63,911 nucleotides of DNA, filler included, from Lenisia limosa (GCA_001655205.1; 15 parts of 15 records of this genome joined end to end with filler, not necessarily neighbours in it); one strand, 5' to 3'; shown: positions 46,720 to 58,901, counted from the whole stretch's first letter. Notes: generated from the sequence alone by a model not told the origin. Numbers and translations are program-made.

Positions 46720-48925
46720 AAAATAAGCTAATTGATTTCTTCAGCCGCACGTGACATGTCTTGGCACGTGCGCAGTGATACACAAAGCGTTCTCCAGAGA
46801 ATTCTCAACTAGTGGAAAATCTCAAGTGGACCGATTTCTCAATTCACCCCCCCCCCCTCTTCCTCTCATTTTAGGTTTTTATTATTTCCCCACTGTGTGT
46901 GTCGGATTTTGTATGTTGATGTAAAGAACTACTTTTTCATTATTTGTTGTTTTGTCGAATGTTTTTAACAAGAAAATACTAAATAAATAATGCAGAAAAG
47001 TATAGGGTTCCATCAATAAATATGATTGCAAATGACCATCCATTTGCACCTTTCTCTTGGTATGCATGGACTGCCCGATTGGTAAATAAGCAAGAGTGGT
47101 GTAAACCCAATCAAGTCTGGGGCTTGGTAAACAAAATGTTGAATAAAGGTAATGGATGGAAGGGACATGGGGAAGGTTATGGAAGTGGAAGAAGGGTGAC
47201 AGGAATGATTCAGCACTGAAACCAAAATTCACTCAAATTACCAAAGTTCTATTCAACCAACCACAGAACCAGAGGAGAGGGGGCTCAATGGAATATCATG
47301 TTTTGCAGAGGGTGTGTCCGCAGGTGTTGGTGACGGGATCGACAAAGATGTCGAAGCAAATCGGACACTCAATGTCGGCAACGGTCATGTTGCGAGGTGA
47401 TGGTNNNNNNNNNNNNNNNNNNNNNNNNNNNNNNNNNNNNNNNNNNNNNNNNNNNNNNNNNNNNNNNNNNNNNNNNNNNNNNNNNNNNNNNNNNNNNNNN
47501 NNNNNNNNNNNNNNNNNNNNNNNNNNNNNNNNNNNNNNNNNNNNNNNNAAGTGGGTGGTGGGAAGGAATCGACTGAGAGTGTTTTTCAGTTTTTATTTTT
47601 GTTTTTTCTCCTTTGTTTTTTATACACAACACCATGGTAAAACTGAAGGATCCCAACTGTGTGGAAATGTGTAAATATGGTCATTTGCACTCTCCAACCC
47701 ATGTCGATGTATAGTGTTGTTGACTGTGTTTTCTAGTTTGGTATTTTATATTTCCGACTCTCAAGGAATATTAAGTTCAAAGTACAATATATCACACACC
47801 TACTAATTTTAAAACCGAAAACCGACAACTTGACACCATAGGCAGCTGTCTAATGATAACAGTTTCGTCGAATAAGAATACTAGTGGGGGTGGGGGGCTT
47901 CCATCACCTCTTCCTAGGCCGTGGGGGCAGTCCTGAAGCTCGAGGCTAATGGGTTAATTTAATCCTTGTACCAAATGGTGCCAATCAAATATTCAAAACA
48001 AAAAAAAAACTACAACATTTTCTTAATGTTGACAATTTTATTTCCCAATTCAGTGGGATGCTTCTCTGAGCTTTCATAAGTAGTACCTAGGGCTTCCGTA
48101 CAGTCCGAAAAATACCGTCAAAATATCGATATTTATCGAGGATTTATCGAGAAATTCACTCTTGTTTTTGTGACCAGAGGGAAGCCCCAGTAGTACCCCC
48201 CCCCTCTCACAAACTGGCATAATTATATTTGTATTTACGAAGATACAAGAGGGTATATTGGCCAAACAATTGTTTTATCATTATGCCCTCCCCAAAGCAA
48301 ATGTTTTCATTATACTTGGAGTTTCAGATTATTCGGTTCGTGGTTAGTGCCTTTACACCAATATTCTTCATCGAAATTTCCTTCGTTTTATTCCCCCCCC
48401 CCACCCCCAACAGACTTGATAGTTGGGGGGCGGGGGTAGCTCAACAGTTGATGACAGAAACGCGGGAATCTGTGAGTAAACGGAATTTCGACAATACTTT
48501 ATGAGGGTGATATTTAGAGCTTCACTTCGATTCCAGAAAAAAAAAAAAAAAATTNNNNNNNNNNNNNNNNNNNNNNNNNNNNNNNNNNNNNNNNNNNNNN
48601 NNNAAATATAGATTTTTTTAATTTCAGTTTTTTTTGGAACCGAAAGTGAAGCTCTCTGTCTACTCCTAGTATGCATATAAAAAGTGGCCAATAAATATAC
48701 CCAGTTACCTGGGGATTCGCCTGCCCTTGATCTTGGAAAAGGGGGAGGTCAACCGTCTCGGAAAGAAATCGTGGGGGTGCAGACACGGCTGAAGCAATTG
48801 ATGGGGGGCCTGGAGGTAAGGTCTGGGTGGAAAGAAAGCTTGTACTTGTGACACAACGGTACGATTTTCAAGATTGGTGTGAGCGGACTTTTCTATTATC
48901 AGTAGGAGCTCTGCTCTAACCTCCT
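46720..48925 (-). CDS. C3HC4 RING-finger protein (multi-exon, partial)
   Basis: Exon 47297-47404 MTVADIECPICFDIFVDPVTNTCGHTLCKT, followed by TG|A where the seventh Cys is expected; upstream Pro-rich exons PPRFLSETVDLP and IPAFLSSTVELPPPP. Confidence 0.7.
48088..48189. mobile_element. Family A2 MITE with perfect 8-bp TSD
   Basis: TAGGGCTTCCGTACAGTCC...GAGGGAAGCCCCA; GTAGTACC at 48080-48087 and 48190-48197. Confidence 0.9.
48316..48408 (+). repeat. Family D repeat, antisense to the host gene, abutting a 5' splice site
   Basis: TTGGAGTTTCAGATTATTCGGTTCGTGGTTAGTGCCTTTACACCAATATTCTTCATCGAAATTTCCTTCGTTTTATTCCCCCC; the minus-strand donor GT is at 48414-48415. Confidence 0.88.
48515..48655. mobile_element. 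Family A MITE (gapped)
   Basis: TAGAGCTTCACTTCGATTCC...GGAACCGAAAGTGAAGCTCT. Confidence 0.75.
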
Positions 48926-49174
48926 GGAAAAAAGGAAGAAAGTGGCATATATTCATCATACAATAATGCATTTCCCCTCATCACCACCATTTCACTTCTC
49001 CATATCCTCACCACCATTTCACTTCTCCATATCANNNNNNNNNNNNNNNNNNNNNNNNNNNNNNNNNNNNNNNNNNNNTTAATTAATTAANNNNNNNNNN
49101 NNNNNNNNNNNNNNNNNNNNNNNNNNNNNNNNNNGCACTGTGAATGGTATGATAAAAAGAGTACTATATACAGT

Positions 49175-49320
49175 AATGAGAGAAAAAAAAATAACGTTGT
49201 ATCTGGCCGAAGCCGTCAACACCATCACGATTAGAAGAAATGCTGGATTATAATTAATTCCCCCGATCATTTGCCTTACAACTCTGTGCACACAGCTTTC
49301 TGCGTGCCTCCCCAGCATAG
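49175..49320 (-). repeat. Family C repeat, near full length
   Basis: Reverse-complement match to 5741-5891. Confidence 0.9.
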
Positions 49321-49389
49321 ATAATTAGTATATATACATACATGTATTATATTTTTATCCTAGGTCTACTATTATCATGATTTGTCTTG

Positions 49390-51080
49390 TTTATAAAGCC
49401 ATACCCACCATCCTCCTCCTCCTCCTGTGCTGCAACTTCAGCAGGAATTGCTAAGTCCTTAAACGGACAATCACAATGAACACCGTCCTCTAAAGTCGAC
49501 TCCTCGCTGTCTGTTGGGTCTTCGGTTACAAAAAAAAACAATTCCCCAATTTTTTTTCGATAAATATCAATATTTTCACTGGCCTTTAATGTTATTATTA
49601 AGCTGAGTAATCATCCCCCCCTCCCCTCTCCTCCCTTATGAATTTCAATGGCGTGAGAATAAGACCCTTATTGTAATACGAAATACCCTTATAGAATACC
49701 AAAATACCAGATTCTGGAGACTTTGGTTTTGGAGATAAGATGTTGACTGTTTCTTCAGGCATCGTATATTCTCTACAAAGACATTATCAAATTTACATAT
49801 CAAAGGTATTATCAAAACAGGCTGTTGTTATTGATGATAAAACAGACAAAGTTACGCTTTATAGCACTTAAGCAATCCACAGCTCTAGGCATAAAACTGT
49901 TGGAATCTATGATATCATCATAATAAAAGTATGACCAATATTTCTAGATTTCCCTTCAATGAGACGCACCCCCCACTTTTGATGGGGGTATGCCTTCAGC
50001 AGCTGTATGCGAAGACTCTTCATTTCAGCGGCTGTGAAGCTACAGAATTAATTACTGAAAAGAAGCACCGATGACAAGAGGGTTGGAGGAATGCAGTAGC
50101 ATTTCAAGGGCAGATTAAGAAAAAAAAACAATAACAAAAATCAAGAAAGTCATTTCACACTGCAGAAATATCTTGGTAGGAAATCGATCGATGAAGATTG
50201 ATCGAGAAATTCAGAATTTTTCGAACCGAAGTGAAGCCCCAACTGGTTAAGAAATCGAGGCTTGGCGCACTGTCATGTGCATTGAGCTTGGAAAGGAAGT
50301 TGTCTGACGATAGGAGTTCTTGCTTATCCGAATCGTAACACCGAACAGATTGACTCACCAATTCGAAAGGCTTTATTATGTGGTGACTCGGAGGACTTGG
50401 TGTGTCATCACTGGTTCTGAGGAAGCAATTGGTTTGTTGGGAGAGTTCCAGCTTTGCTATGTCAAATTTTACGTGTGCTCATTATTGAATAGGAATAGGG
50501 CCACTCTTCCCCAGTTCAACTGCTAAAAATTTGATAAAATTTCGCCTTGAAACGCCTGGGATTTGCGATCAGTCCCAAAGATCTGGATCAACATTTTCGA
50601 TTTTCGATTGTTCATTTGAGCATCATGTTTATGTCTGCTGGTAAAAATATGTTGAATCAAAAGAAGTTTTCAAGTACATTTGGTTCCAGCTGCTTTCTTC
50701 CTCTTCCTCCTCCCTACATGACTCATCAACTAAGGTCAGTGACTGCGTAATTATATTTATGAATATATATTGTGATATTGTTAAAGAAAGGCCTCATGTT
50801 TATAATTTTATTATTTTGCATTTTTAAATCATATTAGAAACCAATAAACAAGTTCAGAAGGTGTCAAGCAGCACTACAAAGACTTTTGGCCAAAAGGGCT
50901 GGGATCTGATCTGATCCCGTGCAACCAAACTGGCATCTTCGAAGTGCGTTGTCTTTTGAAGTATTTACGTCTCCGAGTCGACTACACTGGGCCGCTTAAC
51001 ATCTGCGCTGGGCCACCCTTGGCAGCGATCATGTCGATCATTACAAACTACAACACCGAAAGCCGTCGCAACAGGGATGC
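49390..51080 (-). CDS. Hypothetical multi-exon protein (fragments)
   Basis: AG/GT-bounded open segments DPTDSEESTLEDG..., EYTMPEETVNILSPKPKSPES, FTAAEMKSLRIQLLKAYP; exon chain not resolved. Confidence 0.3.
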
Positions 51081-51322
51081 ACGGTCAGTAATTTTTGTAA
51101 TTGCTCACAATGAGAAACAGCAATGTCTTAGCTCTGTATTTTACAGCTGTGTGCTTACCCATAAAAAATAAACAATTAAGACCACCACTACATTATAACC
51201 ACTACATTATAATATACTGTAAAAATGGATATCGCTCACCCCCCCCCTCCCCAAGTGTGACATGACAAATATGCTCTAAGAGATTCGGTTCCAAAAGACG
51301 GATACAGTAACGATGTTATATA

Positions 51323-51398
51323 CAGTGACCGATACGTCATGACCGATTTTCCTTGCGAAATCCCAGAGCAAATTGGTCAAGACTTATCCCGGTAACTG
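51323..51398. mobile_element. Family E Tc1/mariner-like MITE (76 bp) with TA TSD
   Basis: TA|CAGTGACCGATACGTCATGACCGATTT...AAATTGGTCAAGACTTATCCCGGTAACTG|TA. Confidence 0.85.
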
Positions 51399-51720
51399 TA
51401 TTCTTCGAGGGTTTTCCAACAATTCCGTCATTTTTGAGACCGAAAATGCAGCTCAAATGCTAGCCCACTCCCACTCACCCTCGGGAATTGTTGACACAGA
51501 CATGATGTGACACCACTCCAGCCAGCCGAATGAGGGGCTGAACGGTGAGTAATACATAGCAATCGGAAATAAAAAAAACAAGGNNNNNNNNNNNNNNNNN
51601 NNNNNNNNNNNNNNNNNNNNNNNNNNNTTAATTAATTAANNNNNNNNNNNNNNNNNNNNNNNNNNNNNNNNNNNNNNNNNNNNACAATAGGTAAGCACTC
51701 AAACGTGAGTACCCCCCTAC

Positions 51721-52676
51721 AGTTTGTAAACATTTCCTCCTCGCTGGCTTGGTTCTCCTTCACTAGCAACACACCGAATTTGTAGTTCCGCACAGCCTAA
51801 AAGGGGAATCAACGGGACTTTTTTTTTTGGTATACATTAGAACTTTAAAGCAAATAAATATGTACATAGGGGAGTCTATCATATCATATTATATAATATA
51901 AGATATGTAATAATGGTACCAATCTGACCCCCCCACAAACCTGGCGATCTTCCATATTAAAGAGGTGTTTGTCGAGAGCGACGTTCTTGCAGATTGGTAC
52001 CTTATCCACTGGAGGGAGGGGGGTGGTAAAAATGTGTGAAACAAAAAACCAAATCAACTCTGTTGGTTGACAACAAGAGTTGGTAAAAACATAGCCTTGA
52101 CGACGTTCCTTGGGAAATCATCGATCAAGACTGGTTAGGAAATCTCTCAACTTACGAGTAAGGAGGGGGTCAACAAGCTTCAGAATTTCCTTGCCGTTTT
52201 TGCCCTTCTTCTTCTTCAGCTCGGACGCTGGGAACTTGGCATGGGTGTTTCCCTATAAGGTAAGTTAATAACGGTTATGGAAAGTTAATGACGGTTATGG
52301 TAAGTTATGGTAAGTTAATGACGGTTATGGTAAGCTAATGATGGTTATGATAAATTTATGATGTTTTTGAGTGTGTTCCCTATATGGAAGGTTGATGTTG
52401 TATGACCGAGTGCTTCACTTCGGTTCAAAAAGACCGGTAACATATCGATAATTTTCGAAGGTTTATCGAGAAATTTAACCGAAGTGAAGCCATAAGTTAC
52501 TCTATATGGTAGGATGATGATGGTTTTGTGTGGGTGTTTCACCAAATGGTTACCTCCTCCTACATCCTTTGTGCGATAAATGGTGTGTAAGGTGCCCTCC
52601 TTCTTGTCTCCGAGCCAGACCGCTGATATCACCACCGGCTGGCCACGAGGATCTGTGCCAACAAAGTTCGAGTGTT
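51721..52676 (-). CDS. Rap/Ran-GAP domain protein (internal exons)
   Basis: EHSNFVGTDPRGQPVVISAV...IYRTKD; ILKLVDPLLT-LDKVP...LFNMEDRQ-AVRNYKFGVLLVKENQASEEEMFTN; the YKFGV...Q..EEEMF.N motif is characteristic of RapGAP domains. Confidence 0.88.
52009..52075 (-). repeat. Family B (3' part) forming the 3' end of a RapGAP intron
   Basis: Minus strand GTTGTCAACCAACAGAGTTGATTTGG...TTTTTACCACCCCCCTCCCTCCAG|TGGATAAG. Confidence 0.85.
52262..52350. repeat. Degenerate ~20-bp tandem repeat (intronic)
   Basis: GTAAGTTAATGACGGTTATG-like units x4-5. Confidence 0.85.
52409..52492. mobile_element. Family A MITE (degenerate ends)
   Basis: GCTTCACTTCGGTTCAAAAAGACCGG...AACCGAAGTGAAGCC. Confidence 0.82.
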
Positions 52677-54159
52677 CTGGGGGGGGGGGGGGNNNNNNNN
52701 NNNNNNNNNNNNNNNNNNNNNNNNNNNNNNNNNNNNTTAATTAATTAANNNNNNNNNNNNNNNNNNNNNNNNNNNNNNNNNNNNNNNNNNNNTGCAGCAC
52801 CGCATCCCATCACTCCGAAAAATTTTAGCCCATATCAACGCGATGTGAATATTTGATGGGGGAGGGGGATCCATAAGTGAAAACAATGAGGTGGCATTTT
52901 GTTTGTCATCGTCAAAGCATAAACATCAAATGTAATTCAATTGAATTAGTGTAAAATACTTTATTGCTACCAGTTGGATTCGATACAATACTCCTCTATG
53001 AATACCCTCAATACCCTTTGGAAAATGGTCACGTTTCGAGGGTCTTTATTACAAAACAAAACTCAGGAAAACAAAAGTAAGGTACTAAGCTAGCAAATGG
53101 GCAAGAAAAAAACAAAACAATACTAATCAAATCTATGTTTCAAACAATATTTAAGAGGCTATTCTAGACATTGCAAAAAAATCAAATTTTTAAAAAACGC
53201 TTTCCCAGTGTTAATTATTGAATATTGTGTGGTCAAAGATTATGAGACAAATTTGATCCGGTTGAATAGTATCTACAGAATAAAGAGAGATGTAACTCCA
53301 GAGCTCCCATCGTCCCACAAACCCTCCTTTTTATACTTTATCCCTTATGAGTTATACTATGCAACTATTACGTTTATATCACGGTTATGCTCTGCTTATT
53401 ACGTAATAATAAAATATTATAGTATTCTCAATTACAGGTAAATCTTTTATTCAAATTCTTCACAAAAGAAAATACATTGACCATTGGAGCGCAATAAATA
53501 TCTTGATCTTTGCCTGAGAGAAAATCACAGCTTTGAGGACCTTTTACTTGAGGTACTTCTCAAACCAATGCCTAAAAAGTCATATTTTTGTAAAAAAGGG
53601 CAATTAGATTGAGTTGCCGCTAAGGAAAAAGAAAAATAATCAAAATTGTAAAAAGCGTAGCAAGAGAAGTAATTTAGTTTTTTGGATGTGGGTGTTTTTT
53701 CTTGATGCAGAGATAAAACAAAGGTAATAAAAGGCAGAGAGGATAAGGGTTTTTCCCAAGCCCAAGCGCAGGACAAGGCGTCGGTAGTGGGTCATAGTCG
53801 TAATCACTCATATCTCGGGATCTTGGTATTGTATCAATCAATCTTTGCAAAATGTTAAACTCTCCGCAGTGTTTGTAATTAATCGGAAACAGTTTACTGG
53901 TGTAGTTTTGGAAGTTGCAAATATTAGTAGACTGCAAAACAAATGAATTGCTCTGTTTTCAAACAGTTTGAAACAGTTTATGTTGCAAAACTTCGTAAGA
54001 GACACGTTAAGCCGAACAGTAGACTACACACCGTCAGATATAATCTTAGATTTGCCATACTTTAATTTTCGGAGTATACATTTATTAATCAAGCTGAAGC
54101 TGTTAAAGGAATTGTTTGATTATTTTAGGGTTAGATTATTGTAAAAAAAATAACACATA

Positions 54160-54550
54160 CTCAGTGATTCGAAAGCATTTGCCTACTCCGCCAATTCCGA
54201 GGGTTTTCACTTTTGAAGTTTTTGTCCAACCAGAGGAGCTGAGAGATAAAGAACTCTTTGGTGTGTTAAAGTTCTTCAATCAGTGTGTTGCAGAGTTTCG
54301 AGTGGCGATGGTCTTTCTAGATGAGGTTCACTTGGTGCTGGAATGGTGGCTTACGGCGTTTTTGTTTTACTGTTACCTCGGTCCAGTTTCGGGTATAACC
54401 GTTCTCGTTTGTTGTTTTGTAATTGTATTTTAGTGGCAGAGAAAGACCCTTCACAATTTGATGGAGTTTTTCGCAAAGTAAAGCGACAAAACAATAAACA
54501 GGCTTGCGAGGATGATGTTTGCAGCGGAGCTATTTCAGTTGGACGGTTTT
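54160..54550 (-). pseudogene. Stop-interrupted B-box/coiled-coil-like frame
   Basis: One frame reads QLK*LRCKHHPRKPVYCFVALLCEK...VNLI*KDHRHSKLCNTLIEEL*HTKEFFISQLLWLDKNF; the internal stops are TAG, TAG and TAA. Confidence 0.3.
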
Positions 54551-55121
54551 ACTTTTTTTTTCTATCTATTATATGTTTTTTTTTGTGTGTGTNNNNNNNN
54601 NNNNNNNNNNNNNNNNNNNNNNNNNNNNNNNNGTCTGTACAATACTGATCAATAAAGGCAAATGAAGATGAGGAAAACCTCCTCCTCCCAGAGCTGATTT
54701 TTAGCTATATTTTGTTTGTGAATTTACAGTTTCCTCACCCCCCCTATGCCAAATTCTCCATTTCTAATCCCCCCATACACGATCTCAACCACTGCGTCTG
54801 ACATCGCCTGAGAGGAGTCTATGGCATGAGGGCAGTCCGGATACTGGACGCATCTGGGNNNNNNNNNNNNNNNNNNNNNNNNNNNNNNNNNNNNNNNNNN
54901 NNTTAATTAATTAANNNNNNNNNNNNNNNNNNNNNNNNNNNNNNNNNNNNNNNNNNNNTATATATATATATATATATATATTTCCATATTTCTGTGGAAG
55001 GTTTTTCTTGTCTCTCCCGAGGTTCCCTCATTTCAACGGTTTTAACTTCCTTCGGGGCAATCTTCTCAATTACTATTGGATACACTGCTCTCATGTGCTG
55101 TTTAAATCCCTAACCATGTAG

Positions 55122-56039
55122 ATCGTCTCAAGCGAATTGAAGCAGAGTACCAACATATTGTTGATGAGATTGAGCGGCTACAGAAAGACGGGTCGCGGGG
55201 CCAGGCCGACGTGGATGCCGCCAACACCCTGCTCAACACGGCAGTGAAGCGTAAGGCGTTTCTGGAGGAGGAGCTTGTCAAACTGCGAAACGAGTATCAG
55301 AGACAGTCGGAGGCAATTGAGAACCTCAAACAGAGTTTGGGGCGACACTCTTTTTGTGATATTCCCGAATTGAATATCAGATCGAAACCATTTCGTTAAC
55401 CAGTTGTACTTATTTCTTAGACATGATCCAGGCCCAACACTCCAGTGAACATCAGGAACAAGAGCTTTATGAGTCAGTCACAATGTACAAAAATCGACTT
55501 GGCTTGTCTTTTGAGAGAGTTGGTTGTAGGCGGGCATGAGGGTGTCATGTATTGAAGGCAGGAAACATGTGGAGACTGTTAGTATGGAAGGCATTTGACG
55601 ATGCAGCAAGCAGTCTTCGTCTGGTCATGACGTGCATTGACCCCCAACAACCAAACAGAGAGTTCTTCTTCTGCGTGGCTGTTGACGGCTCGGGTATGTA
55701 TAATGGTGAGTGTGGTTGTGCATAATGAATGGTAAGCACTAAAAACGTGGGTCTTGGATTATTACTTACCGCCCTCTCAAAAAGTTGGGACACGCAGTGG
55801 CACACGTTATCCATGTAGTTACTGAGTGCATGCCCCCTGTTTCCGGTGTTCGCCTTCTCCTTCAACGCCTCAATAGGGTGTCTGGTGGGATAGGGTCGTC
55901 GTTTGAGGTATCAATTGTTGTTTATTTTTCATTTCTGAAATTTTCGAGGATATTGACATTTAACCCCGCAGGCGAGCCACTAACGTTCTCGCAGTTCGTG
56001 AGGGAAATGAGGAAGAAGTTTGTTTCTGTTTGCCATTAA
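55122..56039 (+). CDS. SPC25: Kinetochore Ndc80-complex subunit Spc25 (3' part)
   Basis: Coiled coil, then YKNRLGLSFERV-SSLRLVMTCIDPQQPNREFFFCVAV...Y-VTECMPPVSGVRLLLQRLN-TFSQFVREMRKKF-TAA, matching the Spc25 RWD-like C-terminus. Confidence 0.87.
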
Positions 56040-57205
56040 TTATTCTGTATTTATAGGTTGTGTGTGTTATTGTAATTTAGCTGATTTCATGAGAGAATCG
56101 TCGGACTTTAATAATAATAACACATGATACAATACAAACCTTAGAACCATAGACAATACACCCCAAAAAGCCATTAGATATCCTCAATTTTGCGCCTCAT
56201 TCGATTAGATGCTACATCGTGAGAATGGTAGAGGATGTAGTCCAGTATGTCTGAATGCTCTCTGAAACATACCCCTCGCTTGACTTGCGGTAGTTTTCAG
56301 AGTTTGTGGCAGCGATGACGGAGGATAGTGCCTTGACACCGGGTTGATGTGCAGGCCCAAGCTATCCTTCACTAAAGGGGTGAAAACTGGTAATCAATAT
56401 TTGAGAGACATGCGGGTGAAACAAAAAAAAAACAAAGGTGCTCTACGGGAACTATCTAGCTTGAAAATGGTCATGTTCCAAACAAATAAAAGCTGAAGAA
56501 TACTGCAGTAAACAGGCAGTAGTAGACCCCCCCCCCCNNNNNNNNNNNNNNNNNNNNNNNNNNNNNNNNNNNNNNNNNNNNNNNNNNNNNNNNNNNNNNN
56601 NNNNNNNNNNNNNNNNNNNNNNNNNAAAAAAAAGATAAAAATAGAAGAGAGATAGATACATAATCCCTCCCACCACACTAGAAAACAAAGAAGAAAAAAA
56701 AAACTACAGTACCCTGCCTTCCCAACTCGTCTCAGTACTACCAAGGCCTGCTGGGGCTTGCGTTCGCAGAGCGGACGGATGCGCGATGACCCCCAGAGTA
56801 TGACCGTAGCCGAATGCTAAACCACCTATTTCACTCAAATATCGAAAATTGTACCACACCACCTTTCAAAAATTCATGTCTGTCGTTCCGGGAGTACCTG
56901 GCGTACCTCACCTCCCACTACCTCACAAACCTCACCTTTGTCTTCCAACCTCACCCCTAACCACCCTCCCAACTTTACCCCTTCTTTCCCTCATACCTCC
57001 ACCTATTCGATTTACAACAAATGAATATCATCCCTATTACATTATTATGTGATAGGTGAAACCCATAAAACGGTTTCTCTCCCAGTCCGTCCCCGTCTAC
57101 TCCGCGGCCGCTCTCCTATGCATCTTTTTTTTTATCTTTGTTTTACTGACTGTTTTTCCGATTAATACATTTTTGTCATTTCAAAAATTCAATTTTTTTT
57201 TTTTG

Positions 57206-57257
57206 AGCGCTGGGTCATGTAAAGGGGGCTAGACGCCCCTTTACATGACCCAGCGCT
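57206..57257. other. Strong hairpin (23-bp stem, one bulge, 5-nt loop)
   Basis: AGCGCTGGGTCATGTAAAGGGGGC-TAGAC-GCCCCTTTACATGACCCAGCGCT, preceded by a T12 run. Confidence 0.9.
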
Positions 57258-57259
57258 TG

Positions 57260-58637
57260 TCTCTGTCCTCACCAACACTCCGCATATATTCGGCGACGTC
57301 ATTTCTCAGACCATACCTCGCCAATCCTTGTTCCAGAGCCCATCCCTGCTACCATGGTTACTAGGCATCTTACCGAGTCCTCATATGTCGTCCTTTGGCG
57401 CAGTTTTGCCCGCGGAAAAGCTAAAATTCCTTCCAAGACTTCTCCTAGCACAATCCATGCAACTACGGAAACTAAGAATTAAGCTGGTCCCGGAGGGAGC
57501 TGGCCCACCTGTTTCTTAACCTGCCTCCACCTCTCTCGCCACCACGCCTGGCCGTTCCTCCCCCCACTACACCTCCTCGGCGCCCCCGAGGAACTACTCT
57601 TCATACTCAGGAATTAAACCACCTGTTCTCTGAAGAGAGCCTGTCAAAGGGCAAGCAGCAGGAGTTGGCTACATGCACCCATCACTTTGCATTTTTCGTC
57701 TTTGTCAGCACTAGCCATGTTCCTTTTCGGATTCACAACTACTCTTCTTAACCCATGCCGCCGGACCCGCCGCACTTATGCCAGAAACCCGCCGCTGGAT
57801 TTTCGCCGCGGAGGCAAAGATCAACACGCAGTTCACTCACTTCCTCTCCGGTAAGGACATAGCCTCCTGCCTGCGAGCATTATCGCCGGCACAACATACC
57901 GAGAAGAAGCCATCCCGCCACTCGCGCCACAAGCAGCGCAACCGCCACAGTGACCCGCGCGACAGACCGCCGTCGAAAAGCGCAACGATCGTCCCTCAGA
58001 TCGCCTTCAAATCGAGCTCCGTCCCTCCAAGCCTGGAACGCAATGAAGCCGCTTTCCGCCGCCGCCGCGCCCTACTGAACACACCGACTGATATCCCCCG
58101 CTGCCCCGCCAACCCTCGAGCGCAATGAAAACGCATTCCTCCGCCGTCGCGCCCTGCANNNNNNNNNNNNNNNNNNNNNNNNNNNNNNNNNNNNNNNNNN
58201 NNNNNNNNNNNNNNNNCCTAACGTTGCTGCCGCCGTGAAACACGCTGAGAAGTCGGATAACCATCCGCTGTTACCTGCCAGGAAACCGAAGTCTTATAGT
58301 CATCGCCAGGGCCACACCTCCGAAACCGACCATGAGGAGACCTCCCCCAAGGGCCCCCACTCCCGAAGCGAGGGCCTCGCTGAGGTTGACGTCTCCCCCA
58401 GGTCCCCAGGTCCACACATCAAGGTCGCTACCCTCCCTTCATCCCCTGGTATCACCAAACGCTCCTCAGTCCCCCCAAACTCGCCTCCTCAGAGCAAATC
58501 CCCAGCTGCTGCTCTCTCCTCTTTAAGAAGTGAAACACCCGCCGCCCTGACGCTATCACTCCACCAACCCCAACCTTCCCTATTAAAGAGAAGAAGGCAA
58601 CCCCAACCTCCCCTATTAAAGAGAAGAAGGCAACCCC
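57260..58637 (+). mobile_element. GC-rich, apparently intronless, disrupted ORF region; possible retroelement/TE ORF1 remnant
   Basis: C-rich, no evident introns, successive partial ORFs (57778-58128, 58235-58637), an internal duplication (GAACGCAATGAA.../GAGCGCAATGAA...) and a 33-bp in-frame tandem repeat at the end. No RT or transposase motif is visible. Confidence 0.3.
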
Positions 58638-58901
58638 NNNNNNNNNNNNNNNNNNNNNNNNNNNNNNNNNNNNNNNNNNNNTTAATTAATTAANNNNNNN
58701 NNNNNNNNNNNNNNNNNNNNNNNNNNNNNNNNNNNNNGTATGAAACAAAAAATGCGGAGGCCAACCTCCCCCTTCCCCCCATACACACACATAATATAAT
58801 ATAGCAATGAAAAAATATAATACAAAAGGTTGTATCTGACACGCACACTCCTACACACAATAGAAGAGGATACACCCCTCCCTATATTATATCATAACAA
58901 C

